Source: an uncultured Chloroflexia bacterium
GTDB taxonomy: Bacteria; Chloroflexota; Anaerolineae; CG2-30-64-16
Assembly (NCBI GenBank): GCA_963774265.1
Contig: CAVZDU010000006.1
Coordinates: 96,001 to 160,000 of the forward strand
Direction: 5' to 3'
DNA length: 64,000 nucleotides
Shown: piece by piece, positions 22,259 to 31,048 of the stretch
Position numbering within the stretch: position 1 is the first letter of the stretch
Layout of the letters: each line of letters starts with the position of its first letter
The notes under the pieces: generated by a model
Database searches by the model: none
What the model was told of the DNA's origin: nothing
Seen by the model: the letters and a program-made list of their open reading frames with translations, nothing else
Translations under genes and position numbers: made by a program

Positions 22259-23081
22259 CTTGTAAATGTCAACATCCCCCTCTGCAGTGCTCGGGGCCGC
22301 GGGAACGGATGAGGCAGGCGCGGGGGCGACCGGCGTCGTCTCCGCGGCGGGCAGGTCGGTGAGAACCGATGCGCCGGGGGCCGGGGGCAGGTCCTCGAAG
22401 CCTTCTTGAGCGGGCGCGGGGGCCACCGCGGCAGGCCTGCGGACGGCGAAACCCAGGGTGGTGAGCACGAGGCCGCCGACCACCAGCGCGATGGGCCACC
22501 AGTCAACCAGGAACGCGGGCAGGGAAAAGGCCCCGACCAGCGTCACAGCGCCGAGCAGCAGCAGCGCGCCCGCGGGGATCGCGGCCCAGCGCGGCGTCGC
22601 GCTCATCGTAGCGGATGACGTAGAGCAGCAGGAAGACGAGGCCGATGCCGATGTAGAGCACGGGCGGCCGGCCCGCATCGGTGAGCCGTGACCACAGCCC
22701 GAACAGCACCCCGACCGTGGTCAGCACGCCCGCGGGCACCAGCGCCCACCAGTGTTCCTTGCGCGCCACCAGGATCGCCCAGAAGCCCAGCGCGATGCCG
22801 AACAGGACGATCGGCGCACGCCACTCGCCCAGGTTAGTCCCGCGCCAGGCCAGAATGATCACCGCGCCGATGCTGAGCAGCGTGAACGCGGGGATGGCGC
22901 GCCACCAGTGCGCCACACCGAAGGCGAACCAGATCAGGAAGATGAGACCCGTGAGCGCGTACAGCGCGCCCCACGCCAGCTCGCCCCAGGGATCCAACAC
23001 GCCGAGGTTCCACAGCAGCAGAAAGACGCCGGCCAGGAGCAAGAACAGACCCCAGCCCACCGTTTCGTTAAGTCGCTTCAT
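22238..23081 (-). CDS. Multi-pass membrane protein (LiaF/DUF5668-like repeats), frameshift near 22600
   Basis: Repeated WWRAIPA / WWALVPAG / RWAAIPAG / WWPIAL helix-hairpin motifs. Confidence 0.7.
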
Positions 23082-23092
23082 GGATACTCTCC

Positions 23093-23395
23093 TTATCGAG
23101 GTCCCCGCACACCGTTGCGGACCGACACGACCGCCTGCCACGCGAACAGTGCGGCCAGGATGCCCCACGCTACCGTTTCCCAGAGACGCGTCGCGCCCCA
23201 GGCCAGGCCGATGGCAAAAAGCACGAATCCGGCGAAAAAAGGGGCCAGGAATGAATCCCACCCAAGTGCTGTACGCAGGGGAACGCCCATTTGTTGCGCG
23301 GTCCAACGCATGTGGCTGAACGCGGCGAGGGAACAACTGAGGCCCGTGATCCAGAGTGCGCCGCGCGCCAGTGCGGGCCAGTCGATCGCATCCAT
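23093..23395 (-). CDS. Small membrane protein, hypothetical
   Basis: Three hydrophobic segments; tightly packed in the operon. Confidence 0.6.
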   Translation of the reverse strand: MDAIDWPALARGALWITGLSCSLAAFSHMRWTAQQMGVPLRTALGWDSFLAPFFAGFVLFAIGLAWGATRLWETVAWGILAALFAWQAVVSVRNGVRGPR

Positions 23396-23398
23396 GGG

Positions 23399-24064
23399 TC
23401 AAGGGCTCCCAGAGCAATCGAGATAACCGCGGCCGGTCAGCCAGGCGACTGCACCGGTCAGGTCCGGCCGAAATACGACATCGGCGGCCGCCGCCAACGC
23501 CTCGGAGCGGGGATTGACCGCGATGCGGACGCCCGCACAGTCGAACAACTCCAGGTCAACGTGTGTGTCGCCCGCGGCGAGGGTTTCTTCGGGCTGCACG
23601 CCCAGTTGCGCCATCAGCCTGCGCGCAAACGCGGCCTTGCCGCCCTTTGGGACATGGTTGACCGCCTTGCCGGATAACGTCCCGTTTACGTACAGCAGCT
23701 CGTTCGCCAATACATGGTCGATTTCGAACTCGGCTGCAAGCGGATCGGTGTTGAGGGTGAAACCGGCAGAGACCAGTGCGATGACGACACCGGCCTGCTT
23801 GAGCGCGGACAACAGGTCAGCCGCGCCGGGCAAGAGGGGGTTCTCGCTCAAGAGCCGGCGGATCTCGTCGACCGGTTGCCCAGCCCACAGCCCCACATCG
23901 CGGCGCAACCACTCGCCGGGGGTAATTCTGCCGGCCAACGCCAGCTCGCGATTCTTCCTGGCGAGATGCTCCAGGCCGAGCCGCGCATGGAGGAATCGAT
24001 ATGGCGACTCGGCCTCTTTCAGAGTGCCGTCGACGTCGAGAACGGCGAGACGCAATCGCGCCAA
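23399..24064 (-). CDS. HAD-IB family phosphatase (phosphoserine phosphatase-like)
   Basis: LDVDGTL motif I, VSAG motif II, K, AGDTHVD motif IV. Confidence 0.85.
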   Translation of the reverse strand: MARLRLAVLDVDGTLKEAESPYRFLHARLGLEHLARKNRELALAGRITPGEWLRRDVGLWAGQPVDEIRRLLSENPLLPGAADLLSALKQAGVVIALVSAGFTLNTDPLAAEFEIDHVLANELLYVNGTLSGKAVNHVPKGGKAAFARRLMAQLGVQPEETLAAGDTHVDLELFDCAGVRIAVNPRSEALAAAADVVFRPDLTGAVAWLTGRGYLDCSGSP

Positions 24065-24066
24065 AC

Positions 24067-24567
24067 TCAGGCCTCTTCGTCCCCGGTTTCCTCGTCCTCG
24101 TCGGGCTCCCAGTCGCTCACCATCCAGGCATTAGCCACCAGAACGATTTCGACATTATCGTTGCGGCCGAACGCCAGGGCAACGCCGCCCTCTTCCTCGT
24201 CCGCGTCGCCGTAGTCGATCAACTCCAGATGATCATCGGCCAGGCGGCCTACGATGGCGAACATGGCGTCGACCCCAACGACAGGCTCGCCCTCAGGATC
24301 GGGGTAGACAGAGGTGACGTAGAGCTCGAGCGCCAGGTTATCGTCGAAGTAGAGGTCGCAATCAACGAACATGCGGTCCTCGGCTGCCGGGGGCTGCTCT
24401 CCCTCTTCGTCAGCGATGGACTCTTCCCACAGCTCGATGCCGAGAACCTTGAGACCGACCATTTCGTTCAATTCTGCTCGGCGGTCGTCGTCCAGCGAGT
24501 AATAGAGATCATCTTCGCCGATCTCTTCGTAGCCCTCGGGCTGCTCATCGAGTCCGTTGTTAGTCAT
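24067..24567 (-). CDS. Highly acidic hypothetical protein
   Basis: AAAGGAG RBS; 166-aa ORF very rich in D/E; no motif recognised. Confidence 0.65.
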   Translation of the reverse strand: MTNNGLDEQPEGYEEIGEDDLYYSLDDDRRAELNEMVGLKVLGIELWEESIADEEGEQPPAAEDRMFVDCDLYFDDNLALELYVTSVYPDPEGEPVVGVDAMFAIVGRLADDHLELIDYGDADEEEGGVALAFGRNDNVEIVLVANAWMVSDWEPDEDEETGDEEA

Positions 24568-24640
24568 CGAGGTTCACTCCTTTCGCGGTGCGAGGAACGA
24601 TTGGATAGATTATATCATGCCACGGGGAGCAGGCGAAAGC

Positions 24641-24691
24641 GCCGGATCGTGCGATCTGCTGGATCGTGCGATCCGCCGGATCGTGCGATGC
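24641..24691. repeat. Imperfect 17-bp tandem repeat x3 with palindromic GATCG-TG-CGATC core
   Basis: GCCGGATCGTGCGATCT / GCTGGATCGTGCGATCC / GCCGGATCGTGCGATGC, directly after the DUF47 stop. Confidence 0.85.
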
Positions 24692-24695
24692 GCCC

Positions 24696-25551
24696 TTACG
24701 TCAGCTTCACGACAATGTCGCTGATGATGTTGGCAGCCTCGTCGCCACGGTCCGCGGCGTTCGAGAGATGGCGATAGACCTCACGCATCTTCAAGATCAC
24801 GATAACGCGCTTGGGCCCGGCCGGCCCATTGAAGAGATCGGCGAGTGCCTCGCGGTAGACGGCCTCAACCCGGTTTTCCAGCGCTTTGGCGCGCTGCGCG
24901 TGTTCTGCCGCGACCCCGGGGTGGTCCTTGATCCGCAGCATGGCCAGGTGCACTTCGTGCGCTGCCTCGCGCAATAACTCGACCATGCGCTGCAGATGCG
25001 CGGTCGGCGTCACGTGGAGAAGCTCCATCTCCTGCACGGTTGTCCAGGCATAGTCCATGATGTCGTCGACCGCGCGCGAGAGTGCGGAGATGTCCTCGCG
25101 ATCCATCGGCGTGACGAAGGTGCGGTTAAGCCTCGTTGAGCAAGATACGGCGCACCTCATCGGCGTCTTCTTCGCACTGGCGCACCGCCTCCACGGCGTG
25201 GGCGATGATGGCCTTGAAATCGACCGGGGTGGCGTCGCCGGCTTTGGCATCAGCCGCCTTGGCTTCCGCGGTCTGGATGCTGGCCGCCTTGGCATCAGGC
25301 GGTTTGGCTTCGCCAAACTTTGCGCTCCCCGCCTTGGCATCAGGCGGTTTGGCATCGCCGGACTTGGCGCTCCCCGCCTTGGCATCGCCGGCCTTGGCGC
25401 TCCTCGCCCTGGCATCGGCGGCCTTGGCTTCGACTGCGCTGATGTAGGCGCCGAGCGCGTCGAGTCCCGTGACAACGCACGCGGCCTGCTCGATCAGCAG
25501 CCTGGTGAAGTTGTCCTGGCGGGGCTTGAAGAAATCCAGGAACCGGCTCAT
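24696..25551 (-). CDS. DUF47 family phosphate transport regulator (PhoU-like) with a low-complexity insertion; frameshift near 25130
   Basis: EEDADEVRR..LNRTFVTPMDREDISALSRAVDDIMD..LENRVE..REVYRHLSNAADR; overlaps the pit stop. Confidence 0.9.
25231..25432 (-). repeat. Degenerate 15-bp coding tandem repeat (AK[AP][GPA][DS] pentapeptides) inside DUF47
   Basis: AKAADARARSAKAGDAKAGSAKSGDAKPPDAKAGSAKFGEAKPPDAKAAS..AKAADAKAGDA. Confidence 0.85.
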
Positions 25552-26540
25552 AGCAGCCTCCTGAGAATGATGGAAAGCAGCGCGGCCAGGGCTGCGGTGA
25601 CCGGAATTGTGATGGCCCAGGCGATGGCGATCTGACTGGCCGCACCCCAGCGCACCTTGGAGACGCGCTCGCCCGAGCCAACTCCCATGATAGCCGAGCT
25701 GACGACCTGCGTCGTGCTCACCGGTCCGCCGAAGAGCCCCGCGGAGATGATGACTGTGGCCGAAGCCACCTGCGTAGCGAAACCGTGCACGGGACGAATC
25801 TTGTAGAATCCGCCGCCCAGCGTCCTGATGAGCCGCCAGCCGCCCACAAAGGTCCCCAAAGCCAGGGCTGCGCCGCTGAGCACGATGACCCATACCGGTA
25901 CGCTGAATTCGGGCAGCGCGCCGGCCGCGAGCAACCCCATGACCAGGATGCCCATCGTCTTCTGGCCGTCATTAGCCCCATGTGAAAGCGCGAGCGCCAC
26001 TCCGGTCACAATCTGCCCGCGCTTGAAGAGGATGTTGACCCTGGGGCTGGCCCCGCGCACCAGGAACAGGAGGGCCTTCATGACCAGGAAGCCGGCGGCC
26101 AGGCCGAGCGGTGGCGAGATGCCCAACGCGAGCAGGACTTTGAGAAACCCCGACACCTTGACAATGCCCCAGCCGCTCTCGACCACACCCGCGCCGATCA
26201 AGCCGCCGATGAGCGCGTGCGAGGAACTGGAGGGGATGCCCCACCACCAGGTCAGGATGTTCCAAACGATGGCAGAGAGGAGCGCGGCCACGACGACGGA
26301 GAACCGGATCTGCTCCCCGTTCAGCACCTCGTTGCCGATGGTGGTGGCGACGGCCACGCCGAACAAAAAGGGACCGGCGAACTCCGCGATGGCGGTGAGC
26401 GTCAACGCCTGCCGGCCTGAGAGCGCGCGCGAAGCGATCATGGTCGCGACGATGTTGGCGCTATCGTGAAAACCGTTGAGAAAACCGAAGATCAACGCCA
26501 ACCCGATCAACAGAAACAGCGTCCAGGGTAGGACTGGCAT
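25548..26540 (-). CDS. pit: Inorganic phosphate transporter, PiT family
   Basis: NGFHDSAN, GIPSSSSHALIGG, HGANDGQKTMG, PVSTTQ signatures. Confidence 0.95.
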   Translation of the reverse strand: MPVLPWTLFLLIGLALIFGFLNGFHDSANIVATMIASRALSGRQALTLTAIAEFAGPFLFGVAVATTIGNEVLNGEQIRFSVVVAALLSAIVWNILTWWWGIPSSSSHALIGGLIGAGVVESGWGIVKVSGFLKVLLALGISPPLGLAAGFLVMKALLFLVRGASPRVNILFKRGQIVTGVALALSHGANDGQKTMGILVMGLLAAGALPEFSVPVWVIVLSGAALALGTFVGGWRLIRTLGGGFYKIRPVHGFATQVASATVIISAGLFGGPVSTTQVVSSAIMGVGSGERVSKVRWGAASQIAIAWAITIPVTAALAALLSIILRRLL

Positions 26541-26713
26541 GCATGTCACCTGCGTGAAGATATTGGGAATTATACTGCAAAGAGGGGCGAGTCTTCCAAC
26601 GCGGCCGGGCTTACAGAACAGGGATGGCCGCGCGGCTAAAATAATGCAGCCGGCAACCTGCGGGCAAATGGCCTTGCTGAAGGAGCACTATGGAAACGCA
26701 CACGACGTCGAGA

Positions 26714-27164
26714 ATGACGAGCGATCCCAACGAGCGTAAGCAGCCGGGGGTCGCGCGCGAGTACCGGACGGACGAAATCGTCGTGTATTGGGAGCCGGCG
26801 TTGTGCATCCACACGGCGCGTCTGCCTGAACGCGCTGCCAGAGGTGTTCGATGTGCGGCGGCGGCCATGGATTCTGATCGACGCCGCGCCGGCGGATGCC
26901 GTGGCGCGGGCCGTCATGGGCTGCCCTACGGGCGCACTGCGCTTCGAGCGGCCAGATGGCGCGGCGCAGGAGCCGCCCGCCGAGCCGCCCGCGATCGAGG
27001 CGCAGCCCGATGGGCCGCTGTACGTGCGAGGACGCGTGCGGATCGTCAACCAGGACGGCGCGGTACGCGAGTTACCCCGCGCGGCGCTGTGCCGCTGCGG
27101 TGAGTCGAACAACAAGCCATTCTGCGACGGGATGCACCGGCGCAACGGCTTCCGCACGACGTGA
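26714..27164 (+). CDS. Divergent (4Fe-4S) mono-cluster (YjdI-like) plus CDGSH iron-sulfur domain protein; frameshift near 26820
   Basis: VYWEPALCIH..C..PEVFD..RRPWI..CPTGAL, then DGPLYVRG..LCRCGESNNKPFCDGMH. Confidence 0.85.
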
Positions 27165-27260
27165 GATACCAAACTCCCTGCCGGGATTGTCGATTTTGAG
27201 TCTCGCGAAACGACTAACTAGTGTCAGGCAGAAAACAAATTGAGGTAAGGAGTGAAAACC

Positions 27261-27734
27261 ATGCGAAAAATTACCCCATTCCTCTGGTTCGATGGCCAGG
27301 CCGAAGAGGCAATGAACTTCTACACATCCATCTTCAAGAACTCGAAGATCGGCAGCGTGGCTCGTTATCCAGCAACCGAACCTGACAAGCCGGGAAAAGT
27401 CATGACCGCCACGTTCGAGCTCGATGGCCAGGAGTTCATGGCGCTCAACGGCGGTCCGGAATTCAAATTCACACCGGCCATATCGTTCTTCGTGAACTGC
27501 GAGACACAGGACGAGGTCGATGCGTTTTGGGAGAAGCTATCGGCGGGCGGAGAAAAGAGCCAATGCGGCTGGCTGACTGACAAATACGGTGTCTCCTGGC
27601 AGATCGTGCCGACGGTCCTGGGTGAGTTGATGGGTGACAGCGATCCTCAGAAAGCGCAGAGAGTCATGAGCGCCATGCTTCAAATGACTAAATTGGACAT
27701 TGCGGAACTGAAGCGGGCGTACGAACAAGGCTGA
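27261..27734 (+). CDS. VOC family protein (PhnB / 3-demethylubiquinone-9 3-methyltransferase domain)
   Basis: KITPFLWFDGQAEEAMNFY..ALNGGP..CGWLTDKYGVSWQ. Confidence 0.9.
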   Translation: MRKITPFLWFDGQAEEAMNFYTSIFKNSKIGSVARYPATEPDKPGKVMTATFELDGQEFMALNGGPEFKFTPAISFFVNCETQDEVDAFWEKLSAGGEKSQCGWLTDKYGVSWQIVPTVLGELMGDSDPQKAQRVMSAMLQMTKLDIAELKRAYEQG

Positions 27735-27902
27735 CGCAGCTCTACGAACCAGGCGATGATCATGCCGGCGGGCAGCAACCCGCCGGCTGATGCGTTCAAC
27801 CAAGCAGACCCATCGTATTACCCCTCGCAGTGTCGCAGCACTATTCTCGCGGGCGTGCCCGTTTCATTGACGGCATCGCCCATTCGTCAAGAGGAGCACC
27901 CT

Positions 27903-28518
27903 ATGCTTTCGACCTTCATGAGGCGCCGGATCGGACCTCTATTGCTCGCATGGCTCCTACTGGTGTCCTGGTCGCTTTTCTTTTGGTTCCCCGTGACCCA
28001 GGCCGCCAGCGGCGGTGATGTCTTCCTGCCGCAGGTGTCGCGCTCGGAACTGCCGCCTCCCACGCCCACACCCACTGCCAGCCCTACCCCCAAGCCGCCG
28101 GCTGGCTGGTCGGCTTACGAGGTTCGCGTCGTCGAACTCACCAACCAGGAACGCGCATATAACGGTTGCTCGGTGATCCTCGCGATGAACGACAAGCTCC
28201 ACCTGGCTGCCTACGGCCACAGCGCCGACATGATCGCCCGCGACTTCTTCAGCCACACCAACCCTGACGGCGAGGGGCCCAGCCAACGGCTTGCTGAGGT
28301 GGGTTACGATTGGTCGGCATGGGGGGAGAATATCGCCGCCGGTTATACATCACCCGAGGAGGTCGTGGCCGGTTGGATGGGCAGCTCGGGCCACCGCGCC
28401 AACATCTTGAACTGCAACTACACCGAAATCGGCGTCGGCTACGCCTACGCCGCTGATGATCCAGGCGCGGAGCCCGTACCACCACTACTGGACGCAGGTG
28501 TTTGCCAGACCGCGGTGA
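27903..28518 (+). CDS. Secreted CAP/SCP domain protein; frameshift near 28470
   Basis: Signal peptide, PT linker, LTNQER..HSADM..FFSH..GENIAAG..WMGSSGHRANIL..EIGVG, YWTQVF in the shifted frame. Confidence 0.9.
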
Positions 28519-28566
28519 TATTCGAAGGACCGGCATTCGAAAGGAGGGGACCGCGTCGCAACGCAA

Positions 28567-28585
28567 CCTGGCGCCGGGCGCCAGG
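28567..28585. terminator. GC palindrome between convergent genes
   Basis: CCTGGCGCC-G-GGCGCCAGG. Confidence 0.4.
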
Positions 28586-28590
28586 CCGCA

Positions 28591-29559
28591 TCAATCGCCC
28601 AGGTTGGGCGGGATCTCGATGAGCAGCGACTTGTCGGGCTCGATCGCGTCGACGCGGCTGTTGTAAGTCTGAAGCAGGTCGCGCAAGCCCGCCAGGCGCT
28701 GGCTGCGATTGAAGCCGCTGAGCTCCTCCAGGTTCTGCGAGATGAAAGCTTCGAGCGACTGCACCGAGATGCGGCCCGGCAGCATCTCGTTCCGTGATCT
28801 GGCGCGCGCCGATCAACAGCCGATCCGGGACCAGCAGCCAGACATCGAAGCCCGCGTTGACATTCGCCCGGCACTTATCGTAGTGCGCCGGCATGGGGGC
28901 CACGGTCACGTGAAACACGGTGGAGCCGAGGGCAAAGTCACCGTGCAGACCGGATTGGGCGTCTGAGGTGCTGTACAGGTCGTTTCGCACCTCCACATCG
29001 GGAAACCGCAGGGCCAGCTTGGCGCCCACCAGGTACTGGCTGACCTGGCCTTCCTTGCCGGCGGCCTTCGCGGCCGCGAGGATGTCATGGACCGTCTGCC
29101 AGGCGGTCTGTTCGGGGAAAAAGTCGAACTTGACGCGCTCCCGGTTGAAGTATTCGCTGACCTTCTTCTCCACGAGCCAGCGCTGCATCTCGATCAGGAT
29201 CGCGTTGCGATCGGATGGGCGGCAGCGCGTCCAGCGCCAACGGCGCCAGCGCGTCGAGCAGCGGACGGATCTGCCCACGTGTGCCCAGGTTCGTGCGGCC
29301 TCACTCTTGAAGAAAAGGGCGCTCTTCTCCAAAGCGTTCGAGGATTTTCGAAGTCCTGGACCGACCAAGGCCAGATAATCTGTGCTCCGCCCTTGGCAGT
29401 ATGCGCATCCAGGTCCAGCGCATAGCTCTTCTGCAGTCGGTCCAGCACGACAAGCGCCCCGGCCAGCGTGGCCCGCGCAGGCAAGCCGTTGTTTTGGCTG
29501 TATGTTGGCAGGGCATCCCACCATCCGAGAAGATTCATCGCTTGCTCGGTTTTTGTCAT
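28591..29559 (-). CDS. DUF4928 family protein (putative restriction endonuclease), frameshifted
   Basis: ALVVLDRL..AHTAKGGAQI, ILERFGEERPFL, GQVSQYLVGAKLALRFP..DAQSGLHGDF..VFHVTVAP, YNSRVDAIEPDKSLLIEIP; adjacent to a cytosine MTase. Confidence 0.75.
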
Positions 29560-29643
29560 AAGCCCTTGGCCCTGCGCGGGGCTCCGGCCAACCTGCTGCC
29601 CGGCCCTCCGGCATGACCTGCAGCGAAGACCGCTGCACTAGCG

Positions 29644-29672
29644 AGTATATCGCTGCGGCCTGCCACCGTCAA
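29644..29672 (-). promoter_or_regulatory. Putative sigma70 promoter for DUF4928
   Basis: Minus strand reads TTGACG-17 nt-TATACT. Confidence 0.65.
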
Positions 29673-29699
29673 ACGGTTTGGCGCCCTCCGGAAACCGCC

Positions 29700-30100
29700 G
29701 CTGTCCTCGGCTGTCGACGATAGCCTCTCGAATAGAGTGAGTTGAAGTGCGGCTTCGGCATCGTCCGGTTGCGACTCAATCCTCGCCGGTAGGGTGATGG
29801 AGATGGGGTCTTGGCTAAGCAAAGGCGTGAGGAGGTTTCGCTCCAGCCACGCTACAACTGGAACGGCCAAACCATCCCCAAGAAGGTGGTAAGCGTCGCC
29901 GTAATTTTCAGGAAGCTGGTAATCTTCCGGGACGCCCATCAATCGCGCCGCTTCGCGCGTCGAAAGCAGTCGCGAGCGCATCTGGTCACCCTCTACCACG
30001 AAAACGAACTGCTTACTTGATCCACCCGACCCGGTGCGCAGACAGCCACTGATGCCATCGAAGCGAACCTCAGCTATCCTGACGGCCTGCAGCCGGCGAA
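29700..30100 (-). pseudogene. C-terminal fragment of a DNA (cytosine-5)-methyltransferase (ends approximate)
   Basis: AEVRFDGISGCLRTGSGGSSKQ (TRD), RLLSTREAARLMG (motif IX), LGDGLAVPVV (motif X). Motifs I, IV and VI are absent. Confidence 0.8.
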
Positions 30101-31047
30101 TTACGTCACCAAGCCCGCGCTGGAGTTGATTCGGCACGCGCTTGAGCCGGCCAACGCCGACGATGCCGCACTTCCTCATCCTCGACGAGATGAACCTTTC
30201 GCACGTGGAACGCTATTTCGCTGATCTTCTGTCGGCCATTGAGTCCGGCGAGGAAATCCCGCTTTACGAGGGCAGCGAACGAAAGGCCGACGGGAAGGTC
30301 GTACCGCGCAGGCTGCGCCTGCCGGACAATCTCTTCATCATCGGCACGGTCAACGTGGACGAGACGACCTACATGTTCTCCCCAAAGGTGCTCGACCGCG
30401 CCAACGTCATCGAGTTCCGCATGGAGCCGAGCGAGATGGCGGCGTTCCTGCGTCTCCGAAGGCACCCAGGCTGGAGGAGTTGGATGGCAAGGGCGCGGCC
30501 TTCGGCAAGGACTTTGTTGAGGCGGCAGCAGACAAGACGCGCGAGCGTGCCGCATCGGTCAAGGCCGATTACGAGAAGGAAATGCTGCTCTTCTTCAATC
30601 TGCTGCGCGAGCACAACGCGGAGTTCGGCTATCGAACGGGATACGAGGCGGCGCGTTTCGTCCATTTCTACAAGCTGCTCGGCGGCTATCCCGACGACGA
30701 CAGCGGACTGGTTCAACGGCGCGATGGATGCCGTCATCGTGCAGAAGTTCCTGCCCAAGCTGCACGGCTCGCGCTCGAAACTGGAAGGGCTGCTGTGGGC
30801 GTTGGCGTGGGCGTGCGGTGCGGAACGCGATCGACGCGATGGGAAGGACTTCGCAAAGCAGCTCGACGAGGCCGGCAAGGCCGAGGACGAAGGCAGGTAT
30901 GGCCCAGAGGTCGTGTGGAGCGCATTGAAGGCGAAGAATGCCGACGATCCGGCGAAGGCGGCCCGCTATCCGTTGAGCTTCGACAAGGTGATGCGGATGT
31001 GGCGCAAGCTGGTGCGCGACCAGTTCGTGAGTTTCGCTGAGGCGTAA
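30100..31047 (+). pseudogene. C-terminal part of an McrB-family AAA+ NTPase (no Walker A or start), frameshifted
   Basis: YVTKPALELI..PHFLILDEMNLSHVERYFAD..NLFIIGTVNVDETTYMFSPKVLDRA..FGYR..QKFLPKLHGSR. Confidence 0.85.
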
Positions 31048-31048
31048 C

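Noticed and set aside
22208-24691. 17-bp palindromic repeats as a mini-CRISPR array
   Set aside because: The units are contiguous with no spacers and too short, and there are no cas genes in the window.
28519-28590. att-site duplication of the purH 3' end bounding the island
   Set aside because: No direct repeat of TCAATGCCGGAAGTGCCGC is found at the left boundary, and no integrase is present.
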